64,000 nt of DNA, from NCBI GenBank assembly GCA_963776245.1, contig CAVZLN010000009.1:128001-192000 (forward strand). The letters are read 5' to 3'. How positions within the stretch are numbered: the first letter of the stretch is position 1; every line of letters begins with the position of its first letter. Made by a program: the position numbers and the translations under genes. Source of the DNA: Candidatus Eiseniibacteriota bacterium (GTDB taxonomy: Bacteria > Eisenbacteria > RBG-16-71-46). Positions 1-10,550 of the stretch are shown in pieces. The notes under the pieces were generated by a model. That model saw nothing but the letters and a program-made list of their open reading frames with translations. It made no database searches and was not told the origin of the DNA.

Positions 1-180
1 GTAGATCTGGAGATGGAAGCTCCAGCGCGCCATATCGGCGTAGAACATGTCGAGGTAGGGATTCTGGATCACCGGCTCGTAGTACGCTTCCCATCCGAGC
101 TCGTCGCTCAGGCGGGTGGTGAGCTCGGTCTTGCCCACGCCGATGTTGCCGGCGATCGCGAGGAAGTAACCCTGACTCAA
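1..180 (-). CDS. Deoxynucleoside kinase family protein, N-terminal part (runs off the window edge)
   Basis: Manual translation from TTG at 180: MSQGYFLAIAGNIGVGKTELTTRLSDELGWEAYYEPVIQNPYLDMFYADMARWSFHLQIY. P-loop GNIGVGKT and the NPYL..FY..RW.F..Q motif are typical of dNK. Purine-rich RBS upstream. Confidence 0.9.
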   Translation of the reverse strand, partial: MSQGYFLAIAGNIGVGKTELTTRLSDELGWEAYYEPVIQNPYLDMFYADMARWSFHLQIY

Positions 181-302
181 GCGAGATCCCTCTCGGTCAT
201 CGAGACGAGCGTGACGTGGACGCTCCGCGCGCGACACGGTCCAGCCCGCACCCTAGCATCTTCGCCACGCGCGTGGCGGGAAAATGTCCGGGCCCGCGCG
301 GG

Positions 303-1721
<1,419 letters not shown>

Positions 1722-1723
1722 GC

Positions 1724-3898
1724 TCAGGCTCCCGGTTGCGGGGCCGCCACCGACAAGGCGACCGGCAGGGCGACCGTGAAAATGGTGCCCTCCCCGACCC
1801 GGCTGGTGACCGCGATGGTGCCGCCATGCGCCTCGACGATGCTCCGGCATTGCGTGAGGCCCACGCCGAGCCCGGCGGTCTTGGTGGTGCCGAACGGACG
1901 GAACAGCGTCGTGCGGATGAATTCCTCCGACATGCCGCGCCCGCTGTCGCTGACCTCGAGCACGAACCGGGCCGCCGCGTCCGCGCCACCCGCGACGCCG
2001 CCGGCCACGCGGATGTCGCCCGGCCCGGCGAGCGCCTCGCGCGCATTGGTCAGCAGGTTCACGAGCAGCCGCAGCACCAGCCGCCGGTCGAGCACGATCG
2101 GGCCAAGGTCGTGGCAATCCACGCTCACGCGCACGCCGTCGGCGGCGCCATCGGTGAGCCCGGAGGCCGCCAGCGCTTCGTCCACGAGCGCGCGCAGGTC
2201 GATCGGTTCGGGCCGCACGTCGGGCGCGCGGCCGAGCGCCGACACCTGGGCCATCAGGTCGCGCAGGCTCCCGACCGTCCGCTCCACCACCCCGAGCGCA
2301 TCGCGCTGGAACTCCGGGTTGCCGAGGTGGCGGCGCGCGTTCTCGACCACGAGGGAGAGCCCGGAGACCTGGTTCTTGATGTCGTGGAGCACGAACGAGG
2401 CGAGCCGGTTCAGCGACTCGAGCTGGCGCGTCTCGGCGAGGGTCTCGGCCTGGCGCGCGAACCACAGCGCGCCGGCGAGCTGGCGCGCCATCGCGCCGAG
2501 GAACTCCGTGTCCTCCTGCGTGTAGTCCTCATCGGTGCGCTTCTGGGAGACCCACAGCAGCCCCACGACCTGGTCCCCGACCGCGAGCGGAGCCACCGCC
2601 GCGGCGTCCAGCGCGTCCACCGAGTCCCGATGCGCCACCATCATGCCCACCAGGTCGAGGTCCTGCGCCAGGTCGCCGAACAGCAGCGGCTGGCGCTGCG
2701 AGGCGAGGTGCTGGACCAGCGGGTCGTCGGGTTCGACGACGAGCGCCACTCCCGACGGGCCGTGCAGCCGCCGCAACGGCGCGGTGGCGCCCGAACCGCC
2801 GGCACGGTCGTCGCGCAGGTGGATCGCGATGCGCTCGGCCTCGAACACCGAGCACACCAGCGTCTCGATCTGCCGGCACACGTCCTCGGGCCGCGCGGTC
2901 GGCGTGATCGCCGCGCTCACCCGCTCCCACTCGCGGCGGTAGTCGTAGCGGTTGGCGTAGAAGTTCCGGTCGATGAAGCGCCGCACCGCGCGATTGGAGC
3001 GCGGGCTCGCCAGCAGCACCAGGCCGCCGCCTCCGGCGATCACGTAGAACGCCAGCCCCGCGATGTGCTTCCACTCGGGGGTGAGCACCGGCAGCACCCG
3101 TGACAGGACCGCCATGGTGAGCAGGAACAGCCCGGCGAGCGTGAGCGAGACGGACGAGTAGTAGATGACGGGCCGCGCCACCGGCATGCTCATGTCCGAG
3201 AGCCGCTGGCGGGCGAGCGAGAACGAGATCACCACGCCCGAGAGGAACACCGGCGCCGCGCACGCCGCCAGCCAGCGCACCCGCAGCCCCGAGTAGAGCA
3301 GCCCGCCCGAGATCACCAGCAGGTAGCCCAGCACCGCGACCAGGAACGCCACGTACATCGACCGCAGCCGCCGCTGTCCGGTGGCGGGCGCGGTGCGCAG
3401 CATGCGTTCGAGGTTCATGAGCACCGCCACCATCACCACCACCAGGTAGGTGAGGTAGACCTTGCCGAGCGCGCCGAGCACCACCACCGCCTCGCCGCCC
3501 TGCCCCTGCACCGACTCCACGACGTACGGGGTGTTGGCCGCGAACGCCATGCCGATGCACCCGACCAGCGCCAGCGCCAGATAGGCGCCGGCGTCGCGGA
3601 TCTGGGACCACGGGTCGGACCGCGCGAGCACCACGCTCAGGATGAGCCACAGCCACGACGCCAGCGCCGAGACGAACGCGAGGTAGGAGGCCCATGGCCG
3701 TGCCGCCTCCTCGCTGCCCGCGCGCAGGATGCCGAGCGTGCCGGCCTGGAACGCCGCCATGCTCAGGAAGGCGGAGGCGAACACCAGCGTGGTGAGCCAG
3801 TGCCCCCGTCTCAACAGCGCGAGCAGGCCGATGACCGCCGCGAGCAGCGCGCTCGCGGTGACGGTGGCAGCCTGGATCGGCGAATCCAACAGGTTCAT
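1724..3898 (-). CDS. prsK: PrsK-like membrane sensor histidine kinase (multi-TM, GAF, HisKA, HATPase)
   Basis: N-terminal TM helices; FIDRNFYANRYDYRREW; H-box FVLHDIKN...ARRHLGNPEFQRDAL as in PrsK; DSGRGM and GLGVGL boxes. ATG at 3898 overlaps the upstream stop. Confidence 0.9.
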   Translation of the reverse strand: MNLLDSPIQAATVTASALLAAVIGLLALLRRGHWLTTLVFASAFLSMAAFQAGTLGILRAGSEEAARPWASYLAFVSALASWLWLILSVVLARSDPWSQIRDAGAYLALALVGCIGMAFAANTPYVVESVQGQGGEAVVVLGALGKVYLTYLVVVMVAVLMNLERMLRTAPATGQRRLRSMYVAFLVAVLGYLLVISGGLLYSGLRVRWLAACAAPVFLSGVVISFSLARQRLSDMSMPVARPVIYYSSVSLTLAGLFLLTMAVLSRVLPVLTPEWKHIAGLAFYVIAGGGGLVLLASPRSNRAVRRFIDRNFYANRYDYRREWERVSAAITPTARPEDVCRQIETLVCSVFEAERIAIHLRDDRAGGSGATAPLRRLHGPSGVALVVEPDDPLVQHLASQRQPLLFGDLAQDLDLVGMMVAHRDSVDALDAAAVAPLAVGDQVVGLLWVSQKRTDEDYTQEDTEFLGAMARQLAGALWFARQAETLAETRQLESLNRLASFVLHDIKNQVSGLSLVVENARRHLGNPEFQRDALGVVERTVGSLRDLMAQVSALGRAPDVRPEPIDLRALVDEALAASGLTDGAADGVRVSVDCHDLGPIVLDRRLVLRLLVNLLTNAREALAGPGDIRVAGGVAGGADAAARFVLEVSDSGRGMSEEFIRTTLFRPFGTTKTAGLGVGLTQCRSIVEAHGGTIAVTSRVGEGTIFTVALPVALSVAAPQPGA

Positions 3899-5418
3899 GG
3901 TCTCCCGTCTCCGGCCCGGCTTCGGAGCCGCTCCCACTCGGCCATCGCCGCCCGCCGCGCCGCCGCGGATCCGCCGCGCGCGGCGATGTCGCGGTACAGC
4001 GATTCGGCCGCGGCCCGTCCGCCAGCCCGCGCCAGCGCGCGCCGGGCGGCCGCGAGCCCCGCGTCGGCCGCCTCCGGGCGGCCCGGATCGGCGCGCCACA
4101 CCTCGGTCAGCGCGCGCTCGGCCCCCGCGTCCCCGAGCCGTTCGAGGATCGCGGACCGCGTGAGTCGTGCGGCGAAGGATACATCGGCATCATGTTGCGT
4201 GGCGATGAGGCGATCCAGCGTCTCGAGCGCGCGCGCGCCTTCGAGGCTCGCCAGCGCGGTCTCGCCGCGGCCGACGTGGTGCTCCACGATCCGCACCAGG
4301 GCCGCGAGCGCGAGCGGATGGGTGGGATCCGACGCCGCCAGCGCGCGGTACTCGCTGCGGGCCTGTTCCCAGCGGCCGAGTCGTTCGAGCATGCCCGCGC
4401 GCCGCGAACGCGCCTGCGCGGCGAGTTCCGGATCGCCGCGGTAGTCGTCGAGCACCACGCCCCATGCGGCGAGCGCCGAGTCGGCGTCCGGGTGGGCCTC
4501 CCACGCGAGCGCGCGCAGGCGCAGACCGTCGGCGCGGACCGCCCCCCCGAACCCGTCCCGCGCCCACGTGGCATACGCCCGGGCGCTGTCCGGGAGCCCC
4601 AGGTCGAGCGCGCGCTGGGCCAGCAGGAGCACGGTGCGCGGGGCGCGGTCCGCCGATCCCGGCAGCGACAGCACGCGCCGCAGCGCGGCGAGCGCGCCCG
4701 GCGCGTCCCCGAGCGAGGCGCGGATCTCTCCCAGGCGCGTCCAGAGCTCCGCGGCGGTCCGCGGGTCCCGCGAGCGCGACAGCGCGCGGGCGTAACGCCG
4801 GGACGCGAACGCCAGGATCGAGTCCGCGGCGCGCTCCTCGCCCAGGTCGGCGTACGCGCGCGCCGCGAGCAGCGGGGCGTCGAGCGCCTCGGCGCGGACC
4901 GCGTCGCCGGACAGGAACGGGTCGAACTCGGCGACCCGCGCCCACGCCCCGGCCGCCGCACGCTCGCGCCCCAGCCCCGCCAGCACGTGCGCGCGGGCCA
5001 CGCACGCTTCGAACGCGACCGGATCGAACCCGCTCCAGGCGCGCGCCGCCTCGTCGTAGACCGCGAGCGCGTCCTCCGGACGACCGCGCAGCTCCGCGAT
5101 CGCGCCCGCCGCGACCGCGGCCCGCCCGACCGTGAGCGCCACCTCGCGGGCCGCCGTCGAGCGCTCGGCACGCGCGGTCCAGACGGCCGCGGGCCAGCGC
5201 GCCGCGAGGCCACGGTACGCGCGCTCGGCGCCCCGCCACTGCCCCGCGCTCGCCAGCGACGGCTCGAGCCGGATGCGCTCCACCCGCCGCGCGGCGCTCC
5301 ACGCCGCGCGCTCGGCCTGCCAGCGCTCCCAGCGGTCATCCGTCCCGCAGCCCGCCAGCAGCGCGAGCGCCGCCAGCGCCGGGAGCAGTCGCGCGCCGCG
5401 CCCGATCCATGCCCTCAT
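3895..5418 (-). CDS. TPR-repeat lipoprotein (positional PrsT counterpart)
   Basis: Signal peptide with lipobox LLAGC; Ala/Arg-rich helical TPR-like repeats; coupled to prsK. Confidence 0.7.
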   Translation of the reverse strand: MRAWIGRGARLLPALAALALLAGCGTDDRWERWQAERAAWSAARRVERIRLEPSLASAGQWRGAERAYRGLAARWPAAVWTARAERSTAAREVALTVGRAAVAAGAIAELRGRPEDALAVYDEAARAWSGFDPVAFEACVARAHVLAGLGRERAAAGAWARVAEFDPFLSGDAVRAEALDAPLLAARAYADLGEERAADSILAFASRRYARALSRSRDPRTAAELWTRLGEIRASLGDAPGALAALRRVLSLPGSADRAPRTVLLLAQRALDLGLPDSARAYATWARDGFGGAVRADGLRLRALAWEAHPDADSALAAWGVVLDDYRGDPELAAQARSRRAGMLERLGRWEQARSEYRALAASDPTHPLALAALVRIVEHHVGRGETALASLEGARALETLDRLIATQHDADVSFAARLTRSAILERLGDAGAERALTEVWRADPGRPEAADAGLAAARRALARAGGRAAAESLYRDIAARGGSAAARRAAMAEWERLRSRAGDGRP

Positions 5419-6245
5419 CCGCGATCCTCCACCACCGCGAGGAACCCGAGCGTCGCGGCCCCCGAAAGCAGCACCGAGGCCACCAGCGACAGGGCGATCC
5501 GCGCCCCGAGCAGCGCCGCGACCAGTTCGGGCGTGCCGCGCTCGACGATGGCCCCCGGGGCGTTCGCGAACGCCTGGACCACGGCGACCGGTGCCAGCGT
5601 GACGAGGCAGGGCACCACTCCCGCCACCAGGCCGCGCGCCCAGGCGCGCGGGAGCGCGGCGAGCGCGCCCGGCCCCCCGCGCCCTCCGATCATCACCAGC
5701 GCCGGGAGGTAGAACCCGAGCAGCACCACCACCCCGGGCGCCACGGCGAACACCGGCAGCGCGGTCGTGGACCCGATCCCGTGGCTCGAGCTGAAGAGCG
5801 GCGCGATCCACCCCAGCCCGGCGATCACCGCGTGCGCGGGCAGCAGCGCGATCGCCAGCGCCGGCCAGCGCCGCAGCGCCGCGCCGAACGACGCCCCCGC
5901 GCTCACCGGCGCGCCGCGGAAGCGCGCCGCGAACGCATGCGAGGCCGCGCCCATCGCGAGCGAGCCCACCAGCCACGCGAGCACGGCGTCCACCGGCCCG
6001 AACAGGCTGGGGAGGAGGCGGAACCCGTCGGGGTAGTGCAGCGCGCGCTCGCCCATCACGCGCTCGGCCAGCGGCGCGACCGCCCACGACAGGGCGGGAT
6101 GCGCGGGCAGGGCGAGGGCCAGCAGGACCAGCGCCTCGAGCGCGCCGAGGAGCGCGAACGCGGCCCACGGCCCGGCGCGCAGCAGCTCGCGCGCGGCACG
6201 GCCGAGCGCCTGCCCGCCCAGCGCCAGCTGCTCCTGCGGACTCAT
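5415..6245 (-). CDS. Uncharacterised multi-pass membrane protein
   Basis: Starts MSPQEQLALGG; about 6 hydrophobic segments; 4-bp overlaps with both neighbours. Confidence 0.7.
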   Translation of the reverse strand: MSPQEQLALGGQALGRAARELLRAGPWAAFALLGALEALVLLALALPAHPALSWAVAPLAERVMGERALHYPDGFRLLPSLFGPVDAVLAWLVGSLAMGAASHAFAARFRGAPVSAGASFGAALRRWPALAIALLPAHAVIAGLGWIAPLFSSSHGIGSTTALPVFAVAPGVVVLLGFYLPALVMIGGRGGPGALAALPRAWARGLVAGVVPCLVTLAPVAVVQAFANAPGAIVERGTPELVAALLGARIALSLVASVLLSGAATLGFLAVVEDRG

Positions 6246-6886
6246 CGCGCCGTCGACCCGGAGGCGCCGCGCGCGAGCAGCGCCGGCAGCGCGCGCGCCA
6301 CGAGTCCGCCGAATCCCTGCAACCGCTCCCCGGCCGCGGCCATGCCGTCCCCCTCGACCAGCGTCTCGACCCGCACGAACACGCCCCACGAACGGTTCTC
6401 GAGCATCCCGGTGAGCGCCATGCGCTGACGGAACTCTCCCGCGTCGGCGGTGGTGAGCCCGGCCGTGGTCCACCAGTAGTACACCAGCCGCTGGTCGTGC
6501 GGCCGGTCGGCCACGAAGCGATTCGCCTCGATGCCCGCGGCGCTGCCGTCGTCCACGTGCACGCGCGCGCGCTCCATCAGGGTATACCCCTGGGACGCGT
6601 AGCACAGCTCGGGGTCGTGGGAGCCATAGCGGCGGTTCTGGTGGTAGATGAGCAACAGCCACACCGGATGGGCGTCGCGCTCGTAGCGCCGGATGAGCAG
6701 GTCGTCGGCCTTGAGCTCGTCGAGCACCGCGTCCTCGAACGACAGCTCGGTGCCGTTCCACTCGCCGAACCGCGTCGGACAGGCGCGCAGCACCTCGCCC
6801 CCCAGCGCCAGATCGGCCGGCGGGTGAAGCGCCACGTAGCTGGCGGTGAGGCCCAGCAGCGCGGCCACGGCCAGGAATCGCCTCAC
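6242..6886 (-). CDS. epsI: EpsI family exosortase-associated protein
   Basis: N-terminal anchor; P..FGEWNG; LKADDLLIRRY; HDPELCYASQGY; LVYYWW; FVRV. Immediately downstream of the exosortase. Confidence 0.88.
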   Translation of the reverse strand: MRRFLAVAALLGLTASYVALHPPADLALGGEVLRACPTRFGEWNGTELSFEDAVLDELKADDLLIRRYERDAHPVWLLLIYHQNRRYGSHDPELCYASQGYTLMERARVHVDDGSAAGIEANRFVADRPHDQRLVYYWWTTAGLTTADAGEFRQRMALTGMLENRSWGVFVRVETLVEGDGMAAAGERLQGFGGLVARALPALLARGASGSTAR

Positions 6887-7755
6887 GCGCCCGCCCCGGC
6901 CGCGCGGCGCGGCGTGAGCAGCGCGCGCACCCCGAGCAGCGCGGTGAGCGCCACGGCGTAGATGAGATAGCCCGAGGCGTCGTGGAGCCTGCCGGTGGCC
7001 TGCTTCAGGTCCCCGTAGTGGGCCACCAGCAGGAGCAGGGTGATGCGCGCGGCGTTCCCGATCACCGCGATCGGGATCGCGGCGAGCGCGACGAGCATCT
7101 TGCGCCACCACCCACCGGGCTGCAGGTAGCCGAACACCGCTCCGGTCGCCAGCAGCGCCAGCAGCGAACGCAGACCGCTGCACGGGTTCTCGATCCCGAG
7201 CACGCCGGTGGTGAGCACCAGCGACATGCCATCGCGCTGGAGCAACACGCCGCACGCCCCGGCGGCGCGGGCCGAGAGGGCGACCGTGACCTCCTTGAGC
7301 GAGTACGAGAGCGTGTTCATCACCACCGGGGGGAAGGTGAGCATGAAGCCGAGGTAGCCGAGCGGGAACGCGAGCCGGCGGGTGACGGCGACCCCGAGGA
7401 AGGTGATCGAGGCGCCGAAGGCGAGCGCCAGCATCGACCAGCCCTGGAGCGCGAACACGTCGGCGCGCACCCCCGCCACCTGCATCAGGCAGCCGAACGC
7501 CACCAGCGCGAGCCCGCGCGCGTCCGGGCGCACCGGGGTGGCGCGCAGCGCCGCGCGGTCGAGCCACACCAGCCCGCACGACACCAGCGGGACCAGCGGG
7601 CCGTGCGAGTAGTTGTCGTTGGTGGTCCAGGTGGACCACAGCGATCCGAGGGTGCGGTGGTACGCCGCCCCCGCCAGGGCCGCGAGCGCGGCCGCCTGCG
7701 CGGCCACGATATAACGGGAGCGCCGGGCGGCCGGGGGCGCGAGGGTGGCACTCAT
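6883..7755 (-). CDS. Exosortase (EpsH/Xrt family transpeptidase)
   Basis: NYSHGPLVP motif; catalytic Cys in IENPCSGLRSL, Arg in GNAARI, His in LHDASG; about 8 TM segments. Confidence 0.93.
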   Translation of the reverse strand: MSATLAPPAARRSRYIVAAQAAALAALAGAAYHRTLGSLWSTWTTNDNYSHGPLVPLVSCGLVWLDRAALRATPVRPDARGLALVAFGCLMQVAGVRADVFALQGWSMLALAFGASITFLGVAVTRRLAFPLGYLGFMLTFPPVVMNTLSYSLKEVTVALSARAAGACGVLLQRDGMSLVLTTGVLGIENPCSGLRSLLALLATGAVFGYLQPGGWWRKMLVALAAIPIAVIGNAARITLLLLVAHYGDLKQATGRLHDASGYLIYAVALTALLGVRALLTPRRAAGAGA

Positions 7756-7774
7756 GGGATGCGGACCGTCCTGG

Positions 7775-9580
7775 TCAGTACACCCCGCGCGACCGGAACA
7801 GCGTCGCCGCGGTGCGGCAGAGGATGGACACGTCGTTCCCGAGCGAGACGTGATCGAGATACCACCGGTCGTAGGCCACCTTGCGCTCGAGCGGGATGTC
7901 GTCACGGCCATGGATCTGGGCCCATCCTGTCACACCCGGTTTCAGCGCGTCCACCCCCGCCGCCTGGCGCAGCGCGATCAGATCGTCCTGGTTGTGGAGC
8001 GCGGGCCGCGGTCCCACCAGCGTCATCTCGCCGCGCACCACGTTGAACAACTGGGGCAGTTCGTCGAGGCTGCTGCGGCGCAGGAACCGCCCCAGGCGCG
8101 TGACGCGCTCCGAGCCCGGGCCCACCAGGTGCGAGGCGAGATCCGGCGTGCCCACCCGCATGGTGCGGAACTTCAGGATGGTGAACTCTCCCGAGCCGCG
8201 CCCGACGCGGCGCTGGCGGAACAGCGCCGGCCCGGGCGAATCGAGGCGCACCGCGATCGCCACCAGCGCCAGCACCGGCGCGAGCCCCACCAGCAGCGGC
8301 ACCGCCAGGCCCAAGTCGAAGGCGCGCTTCAGGAACGCGAGCGGCCCGTGCGGGCGCGGCGCGATGCCGCGCCCGCGCGCGGCGCGATGGCAATCCTCGA
8401 CCAGGCGCGCCAGGCGAGCGCCGAGGGCGCGGCGCGAGTACTCGCGCTCGACCAGGACGGGACCAGCCGCCGCCAGCGCCGCGCGCCGCGCGGGGTCGGC
8501 CGCCAGCGCCTCCAGAGCCGCCGCCAGCGCCGCGCCGTCGCCGGGCGGGACCACGATCCCCCCGCCCGAGGCCTCGACCACCGCGGCCGCGTCCCCGCTC
8601 ACCCCCGCCACCACCGGCACGCCGCACGCGAGGTAGTCGAACAGTTTCACCGGGATGGTCTCGCCGCTGAAGGCGTGCGCGCGCGTGGTCGCGACGCACA
8701 CGTCCGCCTGGTGGATCAGGGCCACCAGCTCCTGCGGAGGCAGGCTGGGCCGGAACTCGACGTGCGCGAGCCCCGCGGCGGCGGCGCGCGCCTGGAGCGC
8801 CGGCTTGGCCACGCCGTCGCCCACCAGCAGGAAACGGATGTCGGCGCGTCCCCGCAGCCGTTCCGCGGCGTCGAGCAGCGCGTCCATCCCGTGCACCAGC
8901 CCGTGGGTCCCGGCGTAGAGCACGGTGAACGGCGCGCCGGGCGGGCGCGCGGGCGCCGGGGTGAACAGGTCGGTGTCGGCGCCGTTGGTGATGAGCGCGA
9001 TGCGCCCGCTGTCGAGCCCCCGCGACTCGAGCGCCCGCCGCATGCCGGGAGTGACCACGACCACGCGCGCGGCGCGGTGCTGCAGGAAGCGCGAGATCGA
9101 TTCGAGCGCGCTCGCGGCGAGCCCCGGCTCCATCTCGCCCAGCGCGATCGCGGCGTGCGGCCAGTCGTCGCGCATGTCCAGCACCAGCGGCGCGCGGTGG
9201 CGCCGCGCGGCCAGCCACGCGCTCAGCCCCAGGAACAGCGGCGGCACGCTGGCGATCACCACGTCGGTCGGCCCGCCGGCGAGCGCCACCGGGAGCGCGG
9301 ACCAGGCGAAGGTGAGGTGGTTCCACAGCCGGGTGAGCGCGGTCCGACGTGGGGTGGCGTGGAGCCACACCCGCTCCACCACGATGCCCTCGAGGCGCTC
9401 GGTCACGCGGCGCGTCGAGGCGTAGGGCGGGTGGACCGTGCCCGCCGGATGATTGGGAAGCCCGGTGAGCACGCGCACCTCGTGGCCCGCGCGCGACAGG
9501 GCGCGCGCGAAGTGCAGGGCGCGCGCGGGCGCGGCCCCGGTCTCGGGTGGGAAGTACTGGCTCACCAGCAGGATGCGCAC
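7775..9580 (-). CDS. Fusion of a GT4 (WbuB-like) glycosyltransferase and a priming phosphoglycosyl transferase (Bac_transf)
   Basis: N-terminus RILLVSQYFPPETGA, YAGTHG..HG, PVKLFDYLACG; C-terminus KRAFDL, KFRTM, SLDELPQLFNV.RGEMTLVGPRP, KPGVTGWAQ, all in one frame. Confidence 0.88.
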   Translation of the reverse strand: MRILLVSQYFPPETGAAPARALHFARALSRAGHEVRVLTGLPNHPAGTVHPPYASTRRVTERLEGIVVERVWLHATPRRTALTRLWNHLTFAWSALPVALAGGPTDVVIASVPPLFLGLSAWLAARRHRAPLVLDMRDDWPHAAIALGEMEPGLAASALESISRFLQHRAARVVVVTPGMRRALESRGLDSGRIALITNGADTDLFTPAPARPPGAPFTVLYAGTHGLVHGMDALLDAAERLRGRADIRFLLVGDGVAKPALQARAAAAGLAHVEFRPSLPPQELVALIHQADVCVATTRAHAFSGETIPVKLFDYLACGVPVVAGVSGDAAAVVEASGGGIVVPPGDGAALAAALEALAADPARRAALAAAGPVLVEREYSRRALGARLARLVEDCHRAARGRGIAPRPHGPLAFLKRAFDLGLAVPLLVGLAPVLALVAIAVRLDSPGPALFRQRRVGRGSGEFTILKFRTMRVGTPDLASHLVGPGSERVTRLGRFLRRSSLDELPQLFNVVRGEMTLVGPRPALHNQDDLIALRQAAGVDALKPGVTGWAQIHGRDDIPLERKVAYDRWYLDHVSLGNDVSILCRTAATLFRSRGVY

Positions 9581-9591
9581 GACGCCCGCCC

Positions 9592-10479
9592 TCAGGCCCG
9601 GGTCGCCACGGCGAGCTGGCGCCGGGCGCGCGTGTGCCCGAGCTGCCAGCGGCGCTGCAACGGCCGCACCAGTCCCTCGTAGAGCGCGCCCGGAAGCGAA
9701 CCGGTGCCCCCCCAGTAGAGCTCGTGGTGCACCATGCGCAGGCCGTTCGCCTCCATCACGCGGCGCAGCTCGCGCGGGGGGAAGGTGCGCTCCACGGCGT
9801 AGGCGTGGGTGGCGCCGTCGGGCGCCGTGTAGTGCTGGCTCACCTCGGTGCGCAACCCGGCGAGGCGCGCGAGATGGACCGGATGCGCGCCGTTGATGTC
9901 CCCGACCACCAGCACGCCGCCGGGCCGCAGGTGGTCGCGCACCGCACGCAGGAAGTCGTCGAGCGGTTCGATGTGGGAGAGCGCGTTGTACACCCACACC
10001 AGATCGGCGTCGGTGCTCCAGTCGCGCGTCAGGTCGGCGCGCTCGTAGCGCACCGCGAGCGACGTGCCGGTGCTCTCGCGATGGAACGCGAGCCGGCGCC
10101 CCGCGGCATCGAGCCGGTCGGGGCGCAGGTCGGCGCCCACCACCTCGGCGCCGACCGCCGCGTAGAGCATGGCGTAGGTGCCGAAGCCCGAGCCCGCGTC
10201 CATCACCACCGGGCGGGGGCCCGCGGCGGCGCGCGCCGCGAGCCAGCGCGCCGTCCAGCCCGCCTCGCTGCGCCAGAAGCCGCGCAGATAGCGGGCGATC
10301 CCGGCCTCGTCCCCGGGCCCCGGCAGGTTCCGGTAGTAGTCCGCGAACGCCTCGCGCTCGCCCTCGGGCAGGAAGCTCGCGTGCGCCGGGTATTCCACCT
10401 CGATGGTCCAGCGCACGAACCGCTCGAGCGCCGCGCGCGCGCCCGCGCGCGCTGTCACCCCTCCCGCCGCGTGACTCAA
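9592..10479 (-). CDS. Class I SAM-dependent methyltransferase
   Basis: VMDAGSGFG motif I; VVGADL; LRPGGVLVV. TTG start at 10479 with GGGAGG 7 nt upstream (alternative GTG at 10458). Confidence 0.85.
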   Translation of the reverse strand: MSHAAGGVTARAGARAALERFVRWTIEVEYPAHASFLPEGEREAFADYYRNLPGPGDEAGIARYLRGFWRSEAGWTARWLAARAAAGPRPVVMDAGSGFGTYAMLYAAVGAEVVGADLRPDRLDAAGRRLAFHRESTGTSLAVRYERADLTRDWSTDADLVWVYNALSHIEPLDDFLRAVRDHLRPGGVLVVGDINGAHPVHLARLAGLRTEVSQHYTAPDGATHAYAVERTFPPRELRRVMEANGLRMVHHELYWGGTGSLPGALYEGLVRPLQRRWQLGHTRARRQLAVATRA

Positions 10480-10550
10480 GGCCGTGCCTCCCGTGTGGTG
10501 GTGCGCGCGCGGTCCCCGGCCTCGGGCGCGGGCGCGCGGTGGGATGTCAT
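10476..10550 (-). CDS. 24-aa bridge ORF (MTSHRAPAPEAGDRARTTTREARP), possible deletion scar
   Basis: GGAGG RBS; ATGA overlap with the CapA stop and TTGA overlap with the methyltransferase start. Confidence 0.45.
   Translation of the reverse strand: MTSHRAPAPEAGDRARTTTREARP

Noticed and set aside
263..278. Perfect palindrome cgccacgcgcgtggcg after prsR
   Set aside because: Nearly all GC with no U-tract on the transcribed strand; a terminator or operator role cannot be supported.
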